Assembly: GCA_050183355.1 (NCBI GenBank)
Contig: JBFXBH010000005.1
Location: 1 to 47,839 of the forward strand
Direction of reading: 5' to 3'
DNA length: 47,839 nucleotides
DNA from: Vicinamibacterales bacterium
GTDB taxonomy: Bacteria; Acidobacteriota; Vicinamibacteria; Vicinamibacterales; UBA2999
Part shown: in pieces, positions 33,760-44,229 of the stretch
Numbering within the stretch: the stretch's first letter is position 1
Layout of the letters: each line of letters starts with the position of its first letter
The notes under the pieces: model-generated
Told to the model about the DNA's origin: nothing
The model's input: the letters and a program-made list of their open reading frames with translations, nothing else
Databases searched by the model: none
Program-made: the position numbers and the translations under genes

Positions 33760-34900
33760 GTGGCCGTAGTGATCGAGGAAGTAGTCCGTCAGTTTGACGA
33801 CCTGAAGAACAGGGCCGCGGATCTCCGGAGGTATCTTTGAGGCCGCTCACTCCGACTCAGAAGTAGCCGCCATTGAGGCGCGCATCGCCGCGCCGGATTT
33901 CTGGAAGGACCAGGCCGCCGCGCAGAAGACGATGCAGCGGCGCCGGCAGATCGAGGAGGAGGTCGCGCTCGTGACCTCGCTCAAGGCCCGCGTGGATGAC
34001 GTGGGCGTGCTGGTCGAGTGGGCCCAGGGCGGGGAGGATGTCGACGCTGACCTGACGCGCGGGCTGGCCGAACTTGCCCAGACCGTCGAATCCGGCGAGA
34101 TCAAGAAGATGCTCGGCGGGCCGCACGACCGGGCCAACGCCATCGTCACGATTCATCCAGGGGCCGGCGGCACCGAGTCGCAGGACTGGGCCGAGATGCT
34201 GTTCCGCATGTACGTGAAGTGGACGGAACGGCGCGGCTTCAAGCGCGAGGTCATTGACCACCAGCCCGGCGAAGAAGCGGGCATCAAGAGCGTCACGATG
34301 CTCGTGCAGGGGGAGTATGCCTTCGGCCTGCTGACGGCCGAAGCCGGCGTACATCGCCTCGTCCGGATCTCGCCGTTCGACCAGGCCGCGCGCCGGCACA
34401 CGTCGTTCGCGTCCGTCTTCGTCTGGCCGGAACTCGAGGACGACTCGGAGATCGAGATCGAGGAGAAGGACCTTCGCGTCGACACCTACCGGTCGAGTGG
34501 AGCCGGCGGGCAGCACGTCAACGTGACGGATTCGGCCGTGAGGCTGACGCACATCCCGACGGGCATTGTCGTCTCGTGCCAGAACGAACGGTCGCAGCAC
34601 AAGAACCGCGCGAGCGCGATGAAGGTGCTGAAGTCGCGCCTGTTCGACCTGAAGCTCAAGGAGCAGCAGGCCAAGCTCGATTCGATTACCGGCGCGAAAA
34701 AGGAGATTGGCTTCGGCAGCCAGATCCGGAGCTATGTGCTGCAGCCGTATCAGATGATCAAGGACCACCGCACGAAGATGTCCGTCGGCGACATCCAGCG
34801 CGTGCTGGACGGCGACCTGGACGGCTTCATCAAGACGTATCTGATGCAGAAGGCGAGCGGGACGCTCGGGCAGGCGGCGGCGGACGAGGACGAGGAGTAA
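33760..34900 (+). CDS. prfB: peptide chain release factor 2, requires programmed +1 frameshift: join(33760..33837,33839..34900)
   Basis: Frame 0 reads GTG 33760 (GGGGAGAG upstream) MAVVIEEVVRQFDDLKNRAADLRRYL then TGA at 33838. The +1 frame continues EAAHSDSEVAAIEARIAAPDFWKDQ... into ORF 33932..34900. That ORF carries the SPF tripeptide (RISPFD) and GGQ (SGAGGQHVN). Confidence 0.9.
33827..33840 (+). promoter_or_regulatory. prfB +1 frameshift site: internal SD-like GGAGG, 3-nt spacer, CTT TGA
   Basis: The sequence ccGGAGGtatCTTTGAg has the same layout as the classical AGGGGGUAUCUUUGAC site. Confidence 0.85.
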
Positions 34901-34944
34901 GCGCGGAAGGAGCCCCCTTCGTTCGCGGGTCCTGTCACCGAACA

Positions 34945-34988
34945 GCACCTGCCGTGCTCGCCCTCACCGGGCTGCGCGCGGCAGGTGC
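34945..34988. terminator. hairpin between convergent prfB and the DUF1080-like gene
   Basis: GCACCTGCCG (34945-34954) pairs with CGGCAGGTGC (34979-34988), giving a 10-bp stem and a 24-nt loop. There is no U-tract. Confidence 0.3.
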
Positions 34989-35030
34989 CGCTCGGTGCCA
35001 CCCACGAACTCGCTCAGGTCGGACGCTTCG

Positions 35031-35669
35031 CTACTTCGAAACGCCGAGTCCTTCGACCACGACCTCGAGCTGGTGGTTCACGCGGAAACCCCAGAGGCCG
35101 TCCGTGCGGACGGCGCTCTTCGGCGTCGAGTGCACCACGGTGCCGTTGACCACGTAGTCCACCTTGTCGCCCTGGACGCGCACTTCGAGGTTGTTCATGG
35201 AGGTGCCGTCCGCGCCGGGCTTCGCCACGGCCGCGTTCGGTGTCTTCGGCGCGACGGGGGCCGGGTTCTGTCCGCGGACGACGGCGTCGCCGTTGCGCGT
35301 GCTGAGCATCCAGCTTCCGTCCTGTCCGATGAGGAAGTAGGAGTAAGCCTGTGTCGCGCCGTCGAGATCCGCGCCGCCGAAGACCAGCCCGTAGAAGTTT
35401 GTGTGGCCGCTCGGCCTCATCAGCTTGAAGCTGCCCTTCAGCGTGTAGGTGCCGGTGGCCGTGTTGGCCGGGTTCCAGTAGACGGCCGCCTGCGGGTTGA
35501 TGGCGTGGAAGCCGCCACCCATGGCCATGAGCTTGATCTCACCGGCCGCGTCCGGGTCCGAGGCGCTGGTGCTCCTGTCCGCACGGAGCTTCCAGCCCTT
35601 CGTGCCCTGGGCCGCGAGGGGGGCGATCATGAGAAACGCGAGCAGGGCAACGGCAAGTCGTCGGGTCAT
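35031..35669 (-). CDS. exported LamG/DUF1080-like (3-keto-disaccharide-hydrolase fold) protein
   Basis: C-terminal part of ORF 35031..37004, trimmed to MTRRLAVALLAFLMIAPLAAQ with AGGAG 6 nt upstream. NNLEVRVQGDKVDYVVNGTVVH is a jelly-roll-type motif. The family call is tentative. Confidence 0.5.
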   Translation of the reverse strand: MTRRLAVALLAFLMIAPLAAQGTKGWKLRADRSTSASDPDAAGEIKLMAMGGGFHAINPQAAVYWNPANTATGTYTLKGSFKLMRPSGHTNFYGLVFGGADLDGATQAYSYFLIGQDGSWMLSTRNGDAVVRGQNPAPVAPKTPNAAVAKPGADGTSMNNLEVRVQGDKVDYVVNGTVVHSTPKSAVRTDGLWGFRVNHQLEVVVEGLGVSK

Positions 35670-35792
35670 GTCTGGCTCCTGAAAAGAGTTCGAGGCCGTG
35701 ATTCTAGCGCACGCCGCCAGGCCGCCCCGGATTGCCGCCTGCGGGATGGACGGGTAATCCCAATGGAGTGCCGCGGCGCGATAGCATCGGGT

Positions 35793-37445
35793 GTGCACCG
35801 CGTCGTCGTGCAAGGCGTGCTCGCGGGTCTCCTGTGGCTGATTGCCGCGCCGGCAGCGGCGCAGACGACGCCCGTTGTCGACCCGGGTAACAAGCCGCCG
35901 GAGTGGAGTGGGCCGCTCCGCGGAGCCTACGGCCCGGACAGAGCCAATAACGATCTCCTGTCCTACCAGTTGCGCGTCCGCGTGGACCCGGCGGCGAAGC
36001 GGATTGAGGGCACGAACCGGATTCGCTTCCGGGTGCTGCAGGCGGCGGACCGCATCCAGCTCGACCTCTACGCAAACCTGACGATTGACCGGATCGCGCT
36101 GGGTCGCGACGGGCTGCGCTACGAGCGCGACGCGAACCGCGTGCTGGTGTTCTTCCCGACGACATTGAAAGCCGGGCGCACGTACGCCGTTGACGTCGTG
36201 TGGTCGGGCACGCCGCTCCAGACGGGCCGCTTCGGCGGGTTTGTCTTCGATCGCGACCCGACGGGCGCGGCGTGGATCTACACCGCCTGTGAGGACGAGG
36301 GCGCGGCGCTCTGGTGGCCCAACAAGGACCAGTGGCGCGACGAAGTGCAGTGGATGGAGATCGGTGTCGAGGTGCCGGCGCCGCTCGTGGCGGTGTCCAA
36401 CGGCCGTTTCGAGGGGAAGACAGCTCTCGCCGATGGCTTCACGCGGTGGAACTGGAAGGTCCACTATCCGATCAACAACTACGGCGTCGCGCTGAACATC
36501 GGCCGTTACGTGCAGTACGAGGCGCGCCACGGCAACCTCCCGCTGACGTTCTTCACGCTGCCCGAGGATCAGGCGCGTGCCCGGCCGCAGTTCGCCCAGG
36601 TGCCGGAGATGCTCACGGCCTTCGAGCGGTTCGTCGGGCCGTATCCGTTCCCGAAGGACGGCTACAAGCTCGTGCAGGTGCCGTATGCGGGCATGGAGCA
36701 CCAGAGCGCGATTGCCTACGGCAACGGCTTCGCGAACGGTTATCGGGCCCGCGACTTCACCGGCGTCGGCATCAGCCCGCGGTTCGATTTCATCATCGTC
36801 CACGAGAGTGCGCACGAGTACTTCGGCAACGCCGTGTCGGCGGCCGACGTGTCGGACATGTGGCTCCACGAGGCGTGGGGCACGTACCTCGAGAGCCTCT
36901 ACGTGGAGCACCGGTGGGGCAAGGCGGACATGCTCGCCTACACGAACGGCTACAAGGCGAAGGTGAAGAACGGGGCGCCGATGCTGCAGCCGCGCGGTGT
37001 GCACCAGCCGCCGACCTCAGACGACCAGTACTTCAAGGGGACGCTGTTCCTGAACACGCTGCGGTCGATCGTCGGCGACGACGACCGCTGGTTCCGCCTG
37101 GTGCGCGCGTACTTCCGGAGGTTTCGCTACCGGAACATCCTGACGGAGGACGTCCTCGCGTTCTTCAACCGGGAGACGGGGCGCGACCTGACGGCGGTCT
37201 TCAATCAGTACCTGCGGCACGCGGCCATCCCGACGCTGGAACTGGCGTTCGACACGCCGGGCGCGGTCCGCTACCGGTGGCGCGCGGACGAGCCCGGGTT
37301 CAACATGCCGGTGCTGGTAGGGAAGCAGGAGGCCTGGATGCGGATCGAACCCCGCGCAGACTGGCAGAGCCTCCCGTCAGCGATCGCCCGGGGCGCGTTC
37401 GAGGTCGCTACGGACCTGTTCTACGTGAACGTCGAGAAGCGGTAG
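35793..37445 (+). CDS. exported M1-family zinc metallopeptidase
   Basis: Frame of ORF 34995..37445. HESAHEYFGNAVSAADVSDMWLHEAWG gives HExxH-X18-E (gluzincin). GTG 35793 gives the signal peptide (M)HRVVVQGVLAGLLWLIAAPAAAQ. The alternative start is ATG 35763. Confidence 0.8.
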   Translation: MHRVVVQGVLAGLLWLIAAPAAAQTTPVVDPGNKPPEWSGPLRGAYGPDRANNDLLSYQLRVRVDPAAKRIEGTNRIRFRVLQAADRIQLDLYANLTIDRIALGRDGLRYERDANRVLVFFPTTLKAGRTYAVDVVWSGTPLQTGRFGGFVFDRDPTGAAWIYTACEDEGAALWWPNKDQWRDEVQWMEIGVEVPAPLVAVSNGRFEGKTALADGFTRWNWKVHYPINNYGVALNIGRYVQYEARHGNLPLTFFTLPEDQARARPQFAQVPEMLTAFERFVGPYPFPKDGYKLVQVPYAGMEHQSAIAYGNGFANGYRARDFTGVGISPRFDFIIVHESAHEYFGNAVSAADVSDMWLHEAWGTYLESLYVEHRWGKADMLAYTNGYKAKVKNGAPMLQPRGVHQPPTSDDQYFKGTLFLNTLRSIVGDDDRWFRLVRAYFRRFRYRNILTEDVLAFFNRETGRDLTAVFNQYLRHAAIPTLELAFDTPGAVRYRWRADEPGFNMPVLVGKQEAWMRIEPRADWQSLPSAIARGAFEVATDLFYVNVEKR

Positions 37446-37446
37446 A

Positions 37447-38679
37447 TCAGCGGGTGACTTCAGCCAGCGCGACCCGGTTGACGCCGGAGAGGGCGAGCGC
37501 GAGGTGTCCGTCGCGCGTGGCCATCATGTTCCGCACCACGCCGCCGCCGTGCGGCAGCGCCCACGTCTGGAACGTGCCGGCGGCCGGGTCGAACCGCACG
37601 AGCGTGTTGGGCCGCACGCCGGACTCGCTGTACCAGACGATCGACCCGACGGTCGCGATGCCGTAGGGCTGCGACCGCGGCCCACTCGGTGACGGCCACT
37701 CGCGCACCTGGCCGGTGGCCGGGTCGAAGCGACCGAGGTAGCCGCGGGCGTAGTCGGTGTACCAGACGGCGTCGTCCGGCGTGATGGCGATGCGGCGGGG
37801 CCGCGCGGCCGGGTCGGGCAGCGGGTGCTCGGTGATGACGAGCGTCTCCGGGTCCACGCTGCCGAGCCGGTTCCCGCGGAAATCGACGTACCAGGGCACG
37901 CCCTTCGAGTTGACCGCGATGCCGTACGGATAGGTGCCGGAGGACGGCGTGGCGCTGACGCGGATCTCGCCGCTGGCGGGCGTGAGCCGGCCGACCATGC
38001 CGGACTGCATCGTGAACCACAGCCGGCCGCGCTGGTCGAAGATGGGCGTGTGGGGGCTGCGGGCCTTGCCCTCCGGCAGCGGGTACTCGGTCACGGCGCC
38101 GGTGGCCGGGTCGAGCCTGCCGATGTAGTGCTTCGAGATGCCGGTGAACCAGATGGCGCCGGCCGCGTCCGCCACGAGCCCGTGCGGTCCCGAGTCCGGC
38201 GTCTTCAGCGGGAACTCCCGGATGGCGCCGGTCTTCGGGTCGACGCGGCCGAGGACGCTCGCGAACTGGCCCGACCACCAGAGCGACCCGTCGGGGGCGG
38301 CCAGCGGGTCGTGCGGGCGCGAGCCGAGCGAGGGCGCCAGCCAGTCCCGGAACGTGACCTTCACCGGTCCTGGCACGATCACGGCGTCCGCGCCCGGCTT
38401 CGGCGCGTAGCTCCGCGCGAGATACCCGGTGATGACGGCCGCGTCCGCCTCCGGCAGCCGCACCATCGACGCGAGGAGCGCCTTCCACCCGTCCTGCGTG
38501 TAGCCGCGCGAGGCGGCAATCAGATTGAGACCGTGGCACTTGCCGCACGTCGCCTCGACGGCGGCCTTGCCGTCGCCTTCGGCGAGCGACACGGCGCGGC
38601 CCGGCTGCTGGCCGCGCGTCGGGACGGTGAAGACGGCAAGCGTCAGGGCGGCAGTGAGGGTGGTGGCGAACAGGCGCAT
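37447..38679 (-). CDS. exported c-type cytochrome domain fused to a Vgb (streptogramin-lyase)-like beta-propeller
   Basis: Frame of ORF 37447..38838, trimmed to [23 protein letters not shown] with GGAGG 5 nt upstream. The heme motif is CGKCH. Repeated propeller blades follow ([64 protein letters not shown]). Confidence 0.65.
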   Translation of the reverse strand: MRLFATTLTAALTLAVFTVPTRGQQPGRAVSLAEGDGKAAVEATCGKCHGLNLIAASRGYTQDGWKALLASMVRLPEADAAVITGYLARSYAPKPGADAVIVPGPVKVTFRDWLAPSLGSRPHDPLAAPDGSLWWSGQFASVLGRVDPKTGAIREFPLKTPDSGPHGLVADAAGAIWFTGISKHYIGRLDPATGAVTEYPLPEGKARSPHTPIFDQRGRLWFTMQSGMVGRLTPASGEIRVSATPSSGTYPYGIAVNSKGVPWYVDFRGNRLGSVDPETLVITEHPLPDPAARPRRIAITPDDAVWYTDYARGYLGRFDPATGQVREWPSPSGPRSQPYGIATVGSIVWYSESGVRPNTLVRFDPAAGTFQTWALPHGGGVVRNMMATRDGHLALALSGVNRVALAEVTR

Positions 38680-38737
38680 GGCGGCCTCCGGCTGGCGTGA
38701 GCGTTCAGTCGGACTACGACTGTCGCGGGCCGGGCGT

Positions 38738-41071
38738 TTAGTGCGGGGCGGCCGGGCCGTCGACGGGTTCGTCGTCGGGGGCGCTGATGGGCAGCCCCTC
38801 GGGTACCGTGCCGGCGAGGAACGCCTCGGTGCTGCCATCCGGCAACTGCGCGAACTCGACGCCGGCGGGCACGTCGAAGGTGGGCGGCTTCGTCGCGTCC
38901 CGCCGCTGGCTGATCACGAACCGCATGATCTCCATCCAGACGGGCAGCGCGGCCGCGGCGCCGGTTTCGTTCCGGCCGAGCGGCTTCTTCTCGTCGTGGC
39001 CGATCCAGACGCCGACGGTGATCTCCGGATCGAAGCCGATGAACCACGCGTCCGTGTACTCGTCCATCGTCCCGGTCTTGCCGGCGAGCGGCCAGTGGAG
39101 CGCCGCCGCCGCGGTGGCGGTGCCGCGTTCCACGACGCCGCGCAGCAGGCTCGTCAGGAGGAACGCGGTCCCCGCGCCGAGCGCCTCCTGGGGCGCGCCG
39201 CGGTGCTCTTCGAGCAGCGTGCCGTCACGGTCGCGCACGCTGGCGACGAACCACGGCGTCATGCGCACGCCCTGGTTCGGGAACGCGGAGTAGGCGCTCG
39301 TCAGCTCGAGGGGCGTGGCCTCGGCCGCGCCGAGGGCGAGCGAGAGGTACGGCGGCGCCGACGCCGCGAAGCCGAAGCCGAGGCGCTTCGCGTAGTCGAC
39401 GACGACCTCGGGCCCCGCGTCGATCATGGCCTTGACAGCGGGAATGTTGCGCGACTGCTCGAGCGCCCGCCGCAGCGTGACGGGCCCGTCGAACCGGCGG
39501 TCGTAGTTGAGCGGCTCGTAGGGCGGCTGGTTCGGCCCGGCCGGATAGGACACCGGCTCATCGAGATACTGCGTGACGGGCGTGGCGCCGCGGTCCAGCG
39601 CCGCCGCGTAGACGACGGGCTTGAAGGCCGAGCCCATCTGCCGTCGCGCCTGCATCGCGCGGTTGAACTGGCTGCGCCGGAAGCTGAAGCCGCCGGTCAT
39701 GGCGAGCACGCGTCCCGTCCGGTTCTCGATGGCGACGACCGCGCCCTCCACCGTGGGCGGCTGTTCCAGTGTCACGGCGGCCGGCACGCCGTCGGTGAGC
39801 GCGCCAACCCGCACCTCGATGACGTCTCCCACCGAGAAGAGCCGCGCCGCGGCGCGCCGGGTCCACGCATACGCCGCGGGGGGCATCACGATCTCGGCGC
39901 CGCCGACGCGCACGCGCACGCCGGCCTTCCTGGCGCCGGCCGTCACGTCCAGCACGACGGCCGGCACGACGTCGCCGGTCCGGATCGGGAAGGACCAGCG
40001 GTCGAACACCGCGGCGTCCGGCGCACGCCCTTCCCTGACGAGGTTGCGGGCGGGCGGGCGATACGCGGCGTGCCGCTTGTCGAGGGCACGCAGCCCGCGG
40101 TCCAGCGCCGCGTTGACGGCCGCCTGGAGGCCGGCGTCGATGGTCGACTGCACGGTGAGGCCACCGTCATAGATGGCGGTGGCCCCGTACCGGGCCTCGA
40201 GCCCCTTCCGGACCTCCTCGACCAGGTACGGCGCCGCCGACCGATCCGGTGCGGGCCGGCCCCGGGTGACCAGCGGGCGGGCCGCGGCGGTCGCCGCGGC
40301 CGCGGCCGTGATGAGCCGCTCGTCCGCCATCCGCTGCAGCACGTAGTCGCGGCGGGCGCGCGCGCGCGCCGGGTTCACGAACGGGCTGAGCCGCTCGGGC
40401 GACTGGATGATGGCCGCCAGCAGCGCGGCTTCCTCGAGCGTGACCGCCTTCGCCGGCTTCTGGAAGTACAGGCGCGCGGCCGACTCCAGCCCGTAGGCGC
40501 CGTGCCCCAGGTAGATCTGGTTCGCGTAGAGCGTGAAGATCTCGCGCTTGGTGTAGCGCTTCTCGATCTGGACGGCGACGAGCGCTTCACGGATCTTCCG
40601 CTCGAGCGACCGCTCGAAGATGCCGTTGCGCCGGTACTCGCGGAGGAAGAGGTCGCGCGCGAGCTGCTGGGTCAGCGTGCTGGCGCCGGCGCGGCGGCCG
40701 GTCAGGACATCGCTCGCGGCGGTGATGGCGATGCGCGACATGCTCAGGCCGACGTGCTGGTTGAAGCCCGCGTCCTCGACGGCGACGACGGCATCGCGGA
40801 GGACGGGCGCGATGTCGTCGTAGCCGACCACCTCCCGGCGCTCCGTCGCGAAGTCGCCGATGACCTGCCCGTCAGCCGCGAGCACCCGCGTGATGGTGCC
40901 GGGCCGATAGTCGTCGAGGGCGCTGATGGCCGGCAGGTCGTCGGCGAAGGCGAAGAGCCCGCCGGTGGCGAGGCCCGCCGCCGCGGCGCCCACGAAGAGC
41001 CCGGCGATCAGCAGCCAGCGGACCAGCGGGCGCGACCGGGGGCGCGCCGGTGCGTCCGGCTTGTCAGTCAC
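38738..41071 (-). CDS. mrcA: class A penicillin-binding protein (transglycosylase/transpeptidase, PBP1A type)
   Basis: ORF 38738..41071 with a GTG start. Glycosyltransferase motifs are [13 protein letters not shown] and [12 protein letters not shown]. The transpeptidase motif is [16 protein letters not shown] (SxxK). Confidence 0.9.
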   Translation of the reverse strand: MTDKPDAPARPRSRPLVRWLLIAGLFVGAAAAGLATGGLFAFADDLPAISALDDYRPGTITRVLAADGQVIGDFATERREVVGYDDIAPVLRDAVVAVEDAGFNQHVGLSMSRIAITAASDVLTGRRAGASTLTQQLARDLFLREYRRNGIFERSLERKIREALVAVQIEKRYTKREIFTLYANQIYLGHGAYGLESAARLYFQKPAKAVTLEEAALLAAIIQSPERLSPFVNPARARARRDYVLQRMADERLITAAAAATAAARPLVTRGRPAPDRSAAPYLVEEVRKGLEARYGATAIYDGGLTVQSTIDAGLQAAVNAALDRGLRALDKRHAAYRPPARNLVREGRAPDAAVFDRWSFPIRTGDVVPAVVLDVTAGARKAGVRVRVGGAEIVMPPAAYAWTRRAAARLFSVGDVIEVRVGALTDGVPAAVTLEQPPTVEGAVVAIENRTGRVLAMTGGFSFRRSQFNRAMQARRQMGSAFKPVVYAAALDRGATPVTQYLDEPVSYPAGPNQPPYEPLNYDRRFDGPVTLRRALEQSRNIPAVKAMIDAGPEVVVDYAKRLGFGFAASAPPYLSLALGAAEATPLELTSAYSAFPNQGVRMTPWFVASVRDRDGTLLEEHRGAPQEALGAGTAFLLTSLLRGVVERGTATAAAALHWPLAGKTGTMDEYTDAWFIGFDPEITVGVWIGHDEKKPLGRNETGAAAALPVWMEIMRFVISQRRDATKPPTFDVPAGVEFAQLPDGSTEAFLAGTVPEGLPISAPDDEPVDGPAAPH

Positions 41072-41077
41072 CCTCGA

Positions 41078-41083
41078 AGTATA
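41078..41083 (-). promoter_or_regulatory. candidate -10 element TATACT, 6 nt upstream of the PBP1A GTG start
   Basis: The minus strand reads GTATACT TCGAGG GTG. No correctly spaced SD is present. Confidence 0.4.
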
Positions 41084-41117
41084 CGGGCTGGTCGAATGCC
41101 CGAACCGGCGGCGTCAT

Positions 41118-41146
41118 TTGACTGTACGTCGCTCAGATTTCATACT
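41118..41146 (+). promoter_or_regulatory. candidate sigma70-type promoter TTGACT-N17-CATACT ending 6 nt before the dnaK ATG
   Basis: TTGACT lies at 41118-41123, followed by a 17-nt spacer and CATACT at 41141-41146. ATG is at 41153. No SD lies between them. Confidence 0.55.
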
Positions 41147-41152
41147 GTCGCC

Positions 41153-43081
41153 ATGAGCAAAATTATCGGGATCGATCTGGGCACGACCAACTCCGTGGTC
41201 GCTGTCATGGAGGGCGGCGAGCCCGTCGTCATCACCAACCCGGAGGGGAACCGGCTGACGCCGTCGGTCGTGGCCTTCGCCAAGAGCGGCGAACGGCTCG
41301 TGGGCCAGGTCGCGAAGCGCCAGGCCGTCACCAATCCGGAGAACACGATCTTCTCCATCAAGCGCTTCATGGGCCGGCGCTTCGACGAAGTCAACGAAGA
41401 GATGAAGACGGTGCCCTACACGGTGGCTGCCGCGCCCAACGGCGACGTGCGCGTGAACATCATGGGCAAGGAGAACGCGCCGCCCGAGATCTCCGCGATG
41501 ATCCTGCAGAAGCTCAAGCAGGCCGCGGATGAGTACCTGGGCCAGCCGGTGACCAAGGCCGTCATCACGGTGCCGGCCTACTTCAACGACGCGCAGCGGC
41601 AGGCCACGAAGGAAGCGGGCAAGATCGCCGGCCTCGAGGTCATGCGCATCGTGAACGAGCCGACCGCGGCCGCGCTGGCCTACGGGCTCGACAAGAAGAA
41701 GGACGAGACGATCGCCGTCTACGACTTCGGCGGCGGCACGTTCGACATCTCGATCCTGGAAGTGGGCGAGGGCGTCGTCGAGGTCAAGGCGACCAACGGG
41801 GACACCCACCTCGGTGGCGACAACCTCGACCAGCGCGTCATCGACTGGATCATCGCGGAGTTCCGCAAGAGCGACGGCATCGACCTCAGCAAGGACCGGA
41901 TGGCGCTCCAGCGGCTGAAGGAAGCGGCGGAGAAGGCCAAGATGGAGCTCTCCACGGTGATGGAGACGGACATCAACCTGCCGTTCATCACCGCGGACCA
42001 GAGCGGCCCGAAGCACCTGCAGCTCAAGCTGACGCGCTCGAAGTTCGAGCAGCTCGTCGAGGACCTGCTCCAGAAGACGGTCGGCCCGACGAAGCAGGCG
42101 CTGGCCGACGCGGGGGTGACCACGGCGAAGATCGACGAGGTCGTGCTGGTCGGCGGCTCGACGCGGATCCCGCGCGTGCAGCAGATCGTCCGCGAGCTGT
42201 TCGGCAAGGAGCCGCACAAGGGGGTGAACCCGGACGAGGTCGTGGCCGTGGGCGCCGCCATTCAGGCGGGCGTGCTGGCCGGCGAAGTGAAAGACCTCCT
42301 GCTGCTCGACGTCACGCCCCTCTCGCTCGGTATCGAGACGCTGGGCGGCGTGATGACCACGCTGATCCCCCGCAACACGACGATCCCGACGCGCAAGAGC
42401 GAGACGTTCTCCACGGCGGCGGACAGCCAGACCAGCGTCGAGGTGCACGTGCTGCAGGGCGAGCGGCCCCTGGCCCGCGACAACCGCACGCTCGGCCGCT
42501 TCAACCTGAGCGGGATTCCGGCGGCGCCCCGCGGCGTGCCGCAGATCGAGGTGACGTTCGACATCGACGCCAACGGTGTCGTCAACGTATCGGCGAAGGA
42601 CATGGCGACCGGCAAGGACCAGAAGATCACGATCACCGCGTCGAGCGGCCTCAGCAAGGAGGAGGTCGATCGGATGATGCGGGAAGCCGAATCGCACGCC
42701 GAGGACGACAAGAAGCGGCGCGAGGAGATCGAGACGCGGAACCGGGCGGACCAGGCGGTCTACGCGGCCGAGAAGATGCTGGCGGACACGGGTGACAAGC
42801 TGCCGGCCGAGCACAAGACCGGCGTCCAGGCGGCCGTCGACGCGCTGAAGGCCGCGGTGTCCGGCGGGGATGTCGCGGCGATCGCGAAGGCGATGGACGA
42901 GCTGACGCAGGTCCAGCACAAGGCGGCCGAAGCGCTCTACAAGCAGGGCGCGAGCGCGGCTCCGGGGGCCGGTGACGCCGGCGCGGCCGGAGGGCCGTCC
43001 GGCGAGGGCGCGGCGGCCGGCGCCGCCGGTGACGACGGCGACGTCATCGACGCGGAAGTCGTCAACGACGACAAGAAGTAG
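41153..43081 (+). CDS. dnaK: molecular chaperone DnaK (Hsp70)
   Basis: 3' part of the artefactual ORF 38525..43081. It begins [32 protein letters not shown] and has DLGGGTFD-type motifs ([26 protein letters not shown]). Confidence 0.97.
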   Translation: MSKIIGIDLGTTNSVVAVMEGGEPVVITNPEGNRLTPSVVAFAKSGERLVGQVAKRQAVTNPENTIFSIKRFMGRRFDEVNEEMKTVPYTVAAAPNGDVRVNIMGKENAPPEISAMILQKLKQAADEYLGQPVTKAVITVPAYFNDAQRQATKEAGKIAGLEVMRIVNEPTAAALAYGLDKKKDETIAVYDFGGGTFDISILEVGEGVVEVKATNGDTHLGGDNLDQRVIDWIIAEFRKSDGIDLSKDRMALQRLKEAAEKAKMELSTVMETDINLPFITADQSGPKHLQLKLTRSKFEQLVEDLLQKTVGPTKQALADAGVTTAKIDEVVLVGGSTRIPRVQQIVRELFGKEPHKGVNPDEVVAVGAAIQAGVLAGEVKDLLLLDVTPLSLGIETLGGVMTTLIPRNTTIPTRKSETFSTAADSQTSVEVHVLQGERPLARDNRTLGRFNLSGIPAAPRGVPQIEVTFDIDANGVVNVSAKDMATGKDQKITITASSGLSKEEVDRMMREAESHAEDDKKRREEIETRNRADQAVYAAEKMLADTGDKLPAEHKTGVQAAVDALKAAVSGGDVAAIAKAMDELTQVQHKAAEALYKQGASAAPGAGDAGAAGGPSGEGAAAGAAGDDGDVIDAEVVNDDKK

Positions 43082-43110
43082 CGGCGGGACAGCAGCGCAC
43101 AGGCAGGCCG

Positions 43111-44229
43111 ATGGACTTCTACGTGGTGCTCGGCGTGGGACCGACGGCGAGCGAGGCGGAGATCAAGCGCGCCTACCGCCGTCTGGCTCGCCGCTTTCAC
43201 CCGGACATCAATCCGGGCGATCGCGCAGCCGAGCGCCGCTTCCGCGAGATCCTCGCCGCCTACGAGACGCTGGTGGACCCCGACCGGCGCTCCCGCTACG
43301 ACCGCGGTGCCGCGGACCCCGGGGAGACGCCACGGGCCGCCGGCTTCGAGGGGTTCGATTTCACGGCGGCCGGTTCCGACCACAGCGGCACCTTCGGCGA
43401 CCTGGTGGCCGAGGTGCTGACCGAGCGGCAGACGCGCCGTCCCCCGCGCGCGGAACGCGGAGCCGATCTGCACCTGACCCTGACGGTGTCGTTCGAGGAG
43501 GCGCTCGGGGGTGCCCGGCGCACGGTGACCGTGACGCGGAGGGACGCCTGCCGCAGGTGCGGAGGCGCGGGGACGTCCCGCGCCGCGGGCCTGCCGTGTC
43601 TGACCTGCCAGGGGAGCGGCGCCGTGCGGTCCGTGCGCGGCCACATGGTCTTCTCACGGATGTGCCCGGGCTGCGGCGGGAACGGGCAGCAACCGGCGCG
43701 CGGGTGCGAGGCGTGCGGCGGGCTCGGTCTCGAAACGCGCGCGGAGACGACGGAAGTGCGATTGCCGGCCGGCGTCGCCCACGGTGACCGGGTGCGCGTG
43801 GCCGGGCGGGGACACGCCGGCGTCCGCGGAGGCGAGCCCGGCGACCTCTACATCACGGTCGAGGTGACGCCCCATGCCGCCGTCCGCCGCGAGGGCGACG
43901 ATCTGATCATGACGCTGCCGGTGGCCGTACACGAAGCGGCCCTGGGCGCACGGATCGAGTTCGACGCGCTGGACGGGCCGGCGCGCGTCCGCATTCCGCC
44001 CGGGACGCAGACGGGCCAGCGCTTTCGGATCAGCGGCCGCGGGGCGCCGTCGACGCGCGGGGGGCCGGCCGGAGACCTCGTGGTGGAAGTCAGGCTGATG
44101 CTGCCCCCGGTGCTCGACGAGCGCTCGCGGGAACTGCTCCGGGAGCTCGGCCGGCTGCAGGGCGGCAGCGTGCGGGACGGTTCCGGCGGCGCCGCGCGGC
44201 TGGAGACGGCCGGAAAAGCGGGGGCATGA
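43111..44229 (+). CDS. dnaJ: co-chaperone DnaJ
   Basis: ORF 43111..44229. The J domain is DFYVVLGVGPTASEAEIKRAYRRLARRFHPDINP. The CxxCxGxG zinc-finger repeats are CRRCGGAG, CLTCQGSG, CPGCGGNG and CEACGGLG. Confidence 0.9.
   Translation: MDFYVVLGVGPTASEAEIKRAYRRLARRFHPDINPGDRAAERRFREILAAYETLVDPDRRSRYDRGAADPGETPRAAGFEGFDFTAAGSDHSGTFGDLVAEVLTERQTRRPPRAERGADLHLTLTVSFEEALGGARRTVTVTRRDACRRCGGAGTSRAAGLPCLTCQGSGAVRSVRGHMVFSRMCPGCGGNGQQPARGCEACGGLGLETRAETTEVRLPAGVAHGDRVRVAGRGHAGVRGGEPGDLYITVEVTPHAAVRREGDDLIMTLPVAVHEAALGARIEFDALDGPARVRIPPGTQTGQRFRISGRGAPSTRGGPAGDLVVEVRLMLPPVLDERSRELLRELGRLQGGSVRDGSGGAARLETAGKAGA

Noticed and set aside
34995-35792. Long N-terminal extension of the M1 peptidase ORF
   Set aside because: It overlaps, in antisense, the DUF1080-like gene, which has an SD and a signal peptide. 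The peptidase has a proper signal peptide starting at 35793 (or 35763).
41117-41137. HAIR-like (HspR operator) or CIRCE element at the dnaK promoter
   Set aside because: TTTGACT-N7-GCTCAGA matches the HAIR halves only 5/7 and 4/7, and the two halves are only 4/7 self-complementary. No CIRCE is present. This is too weak to call as a feature. It is kept only as a testable note in the dnaK promoter finding.
38525-41152. The upstream 876 codons of the 1518-aa ORF that ends as dnaK
   Set aside because: DnaK clearly begins at [14 protein letters not shown] (41153), behind a promoter. The upstream part is antisense to the Vgb-like and PBP1A genes and is open only because of GC content.
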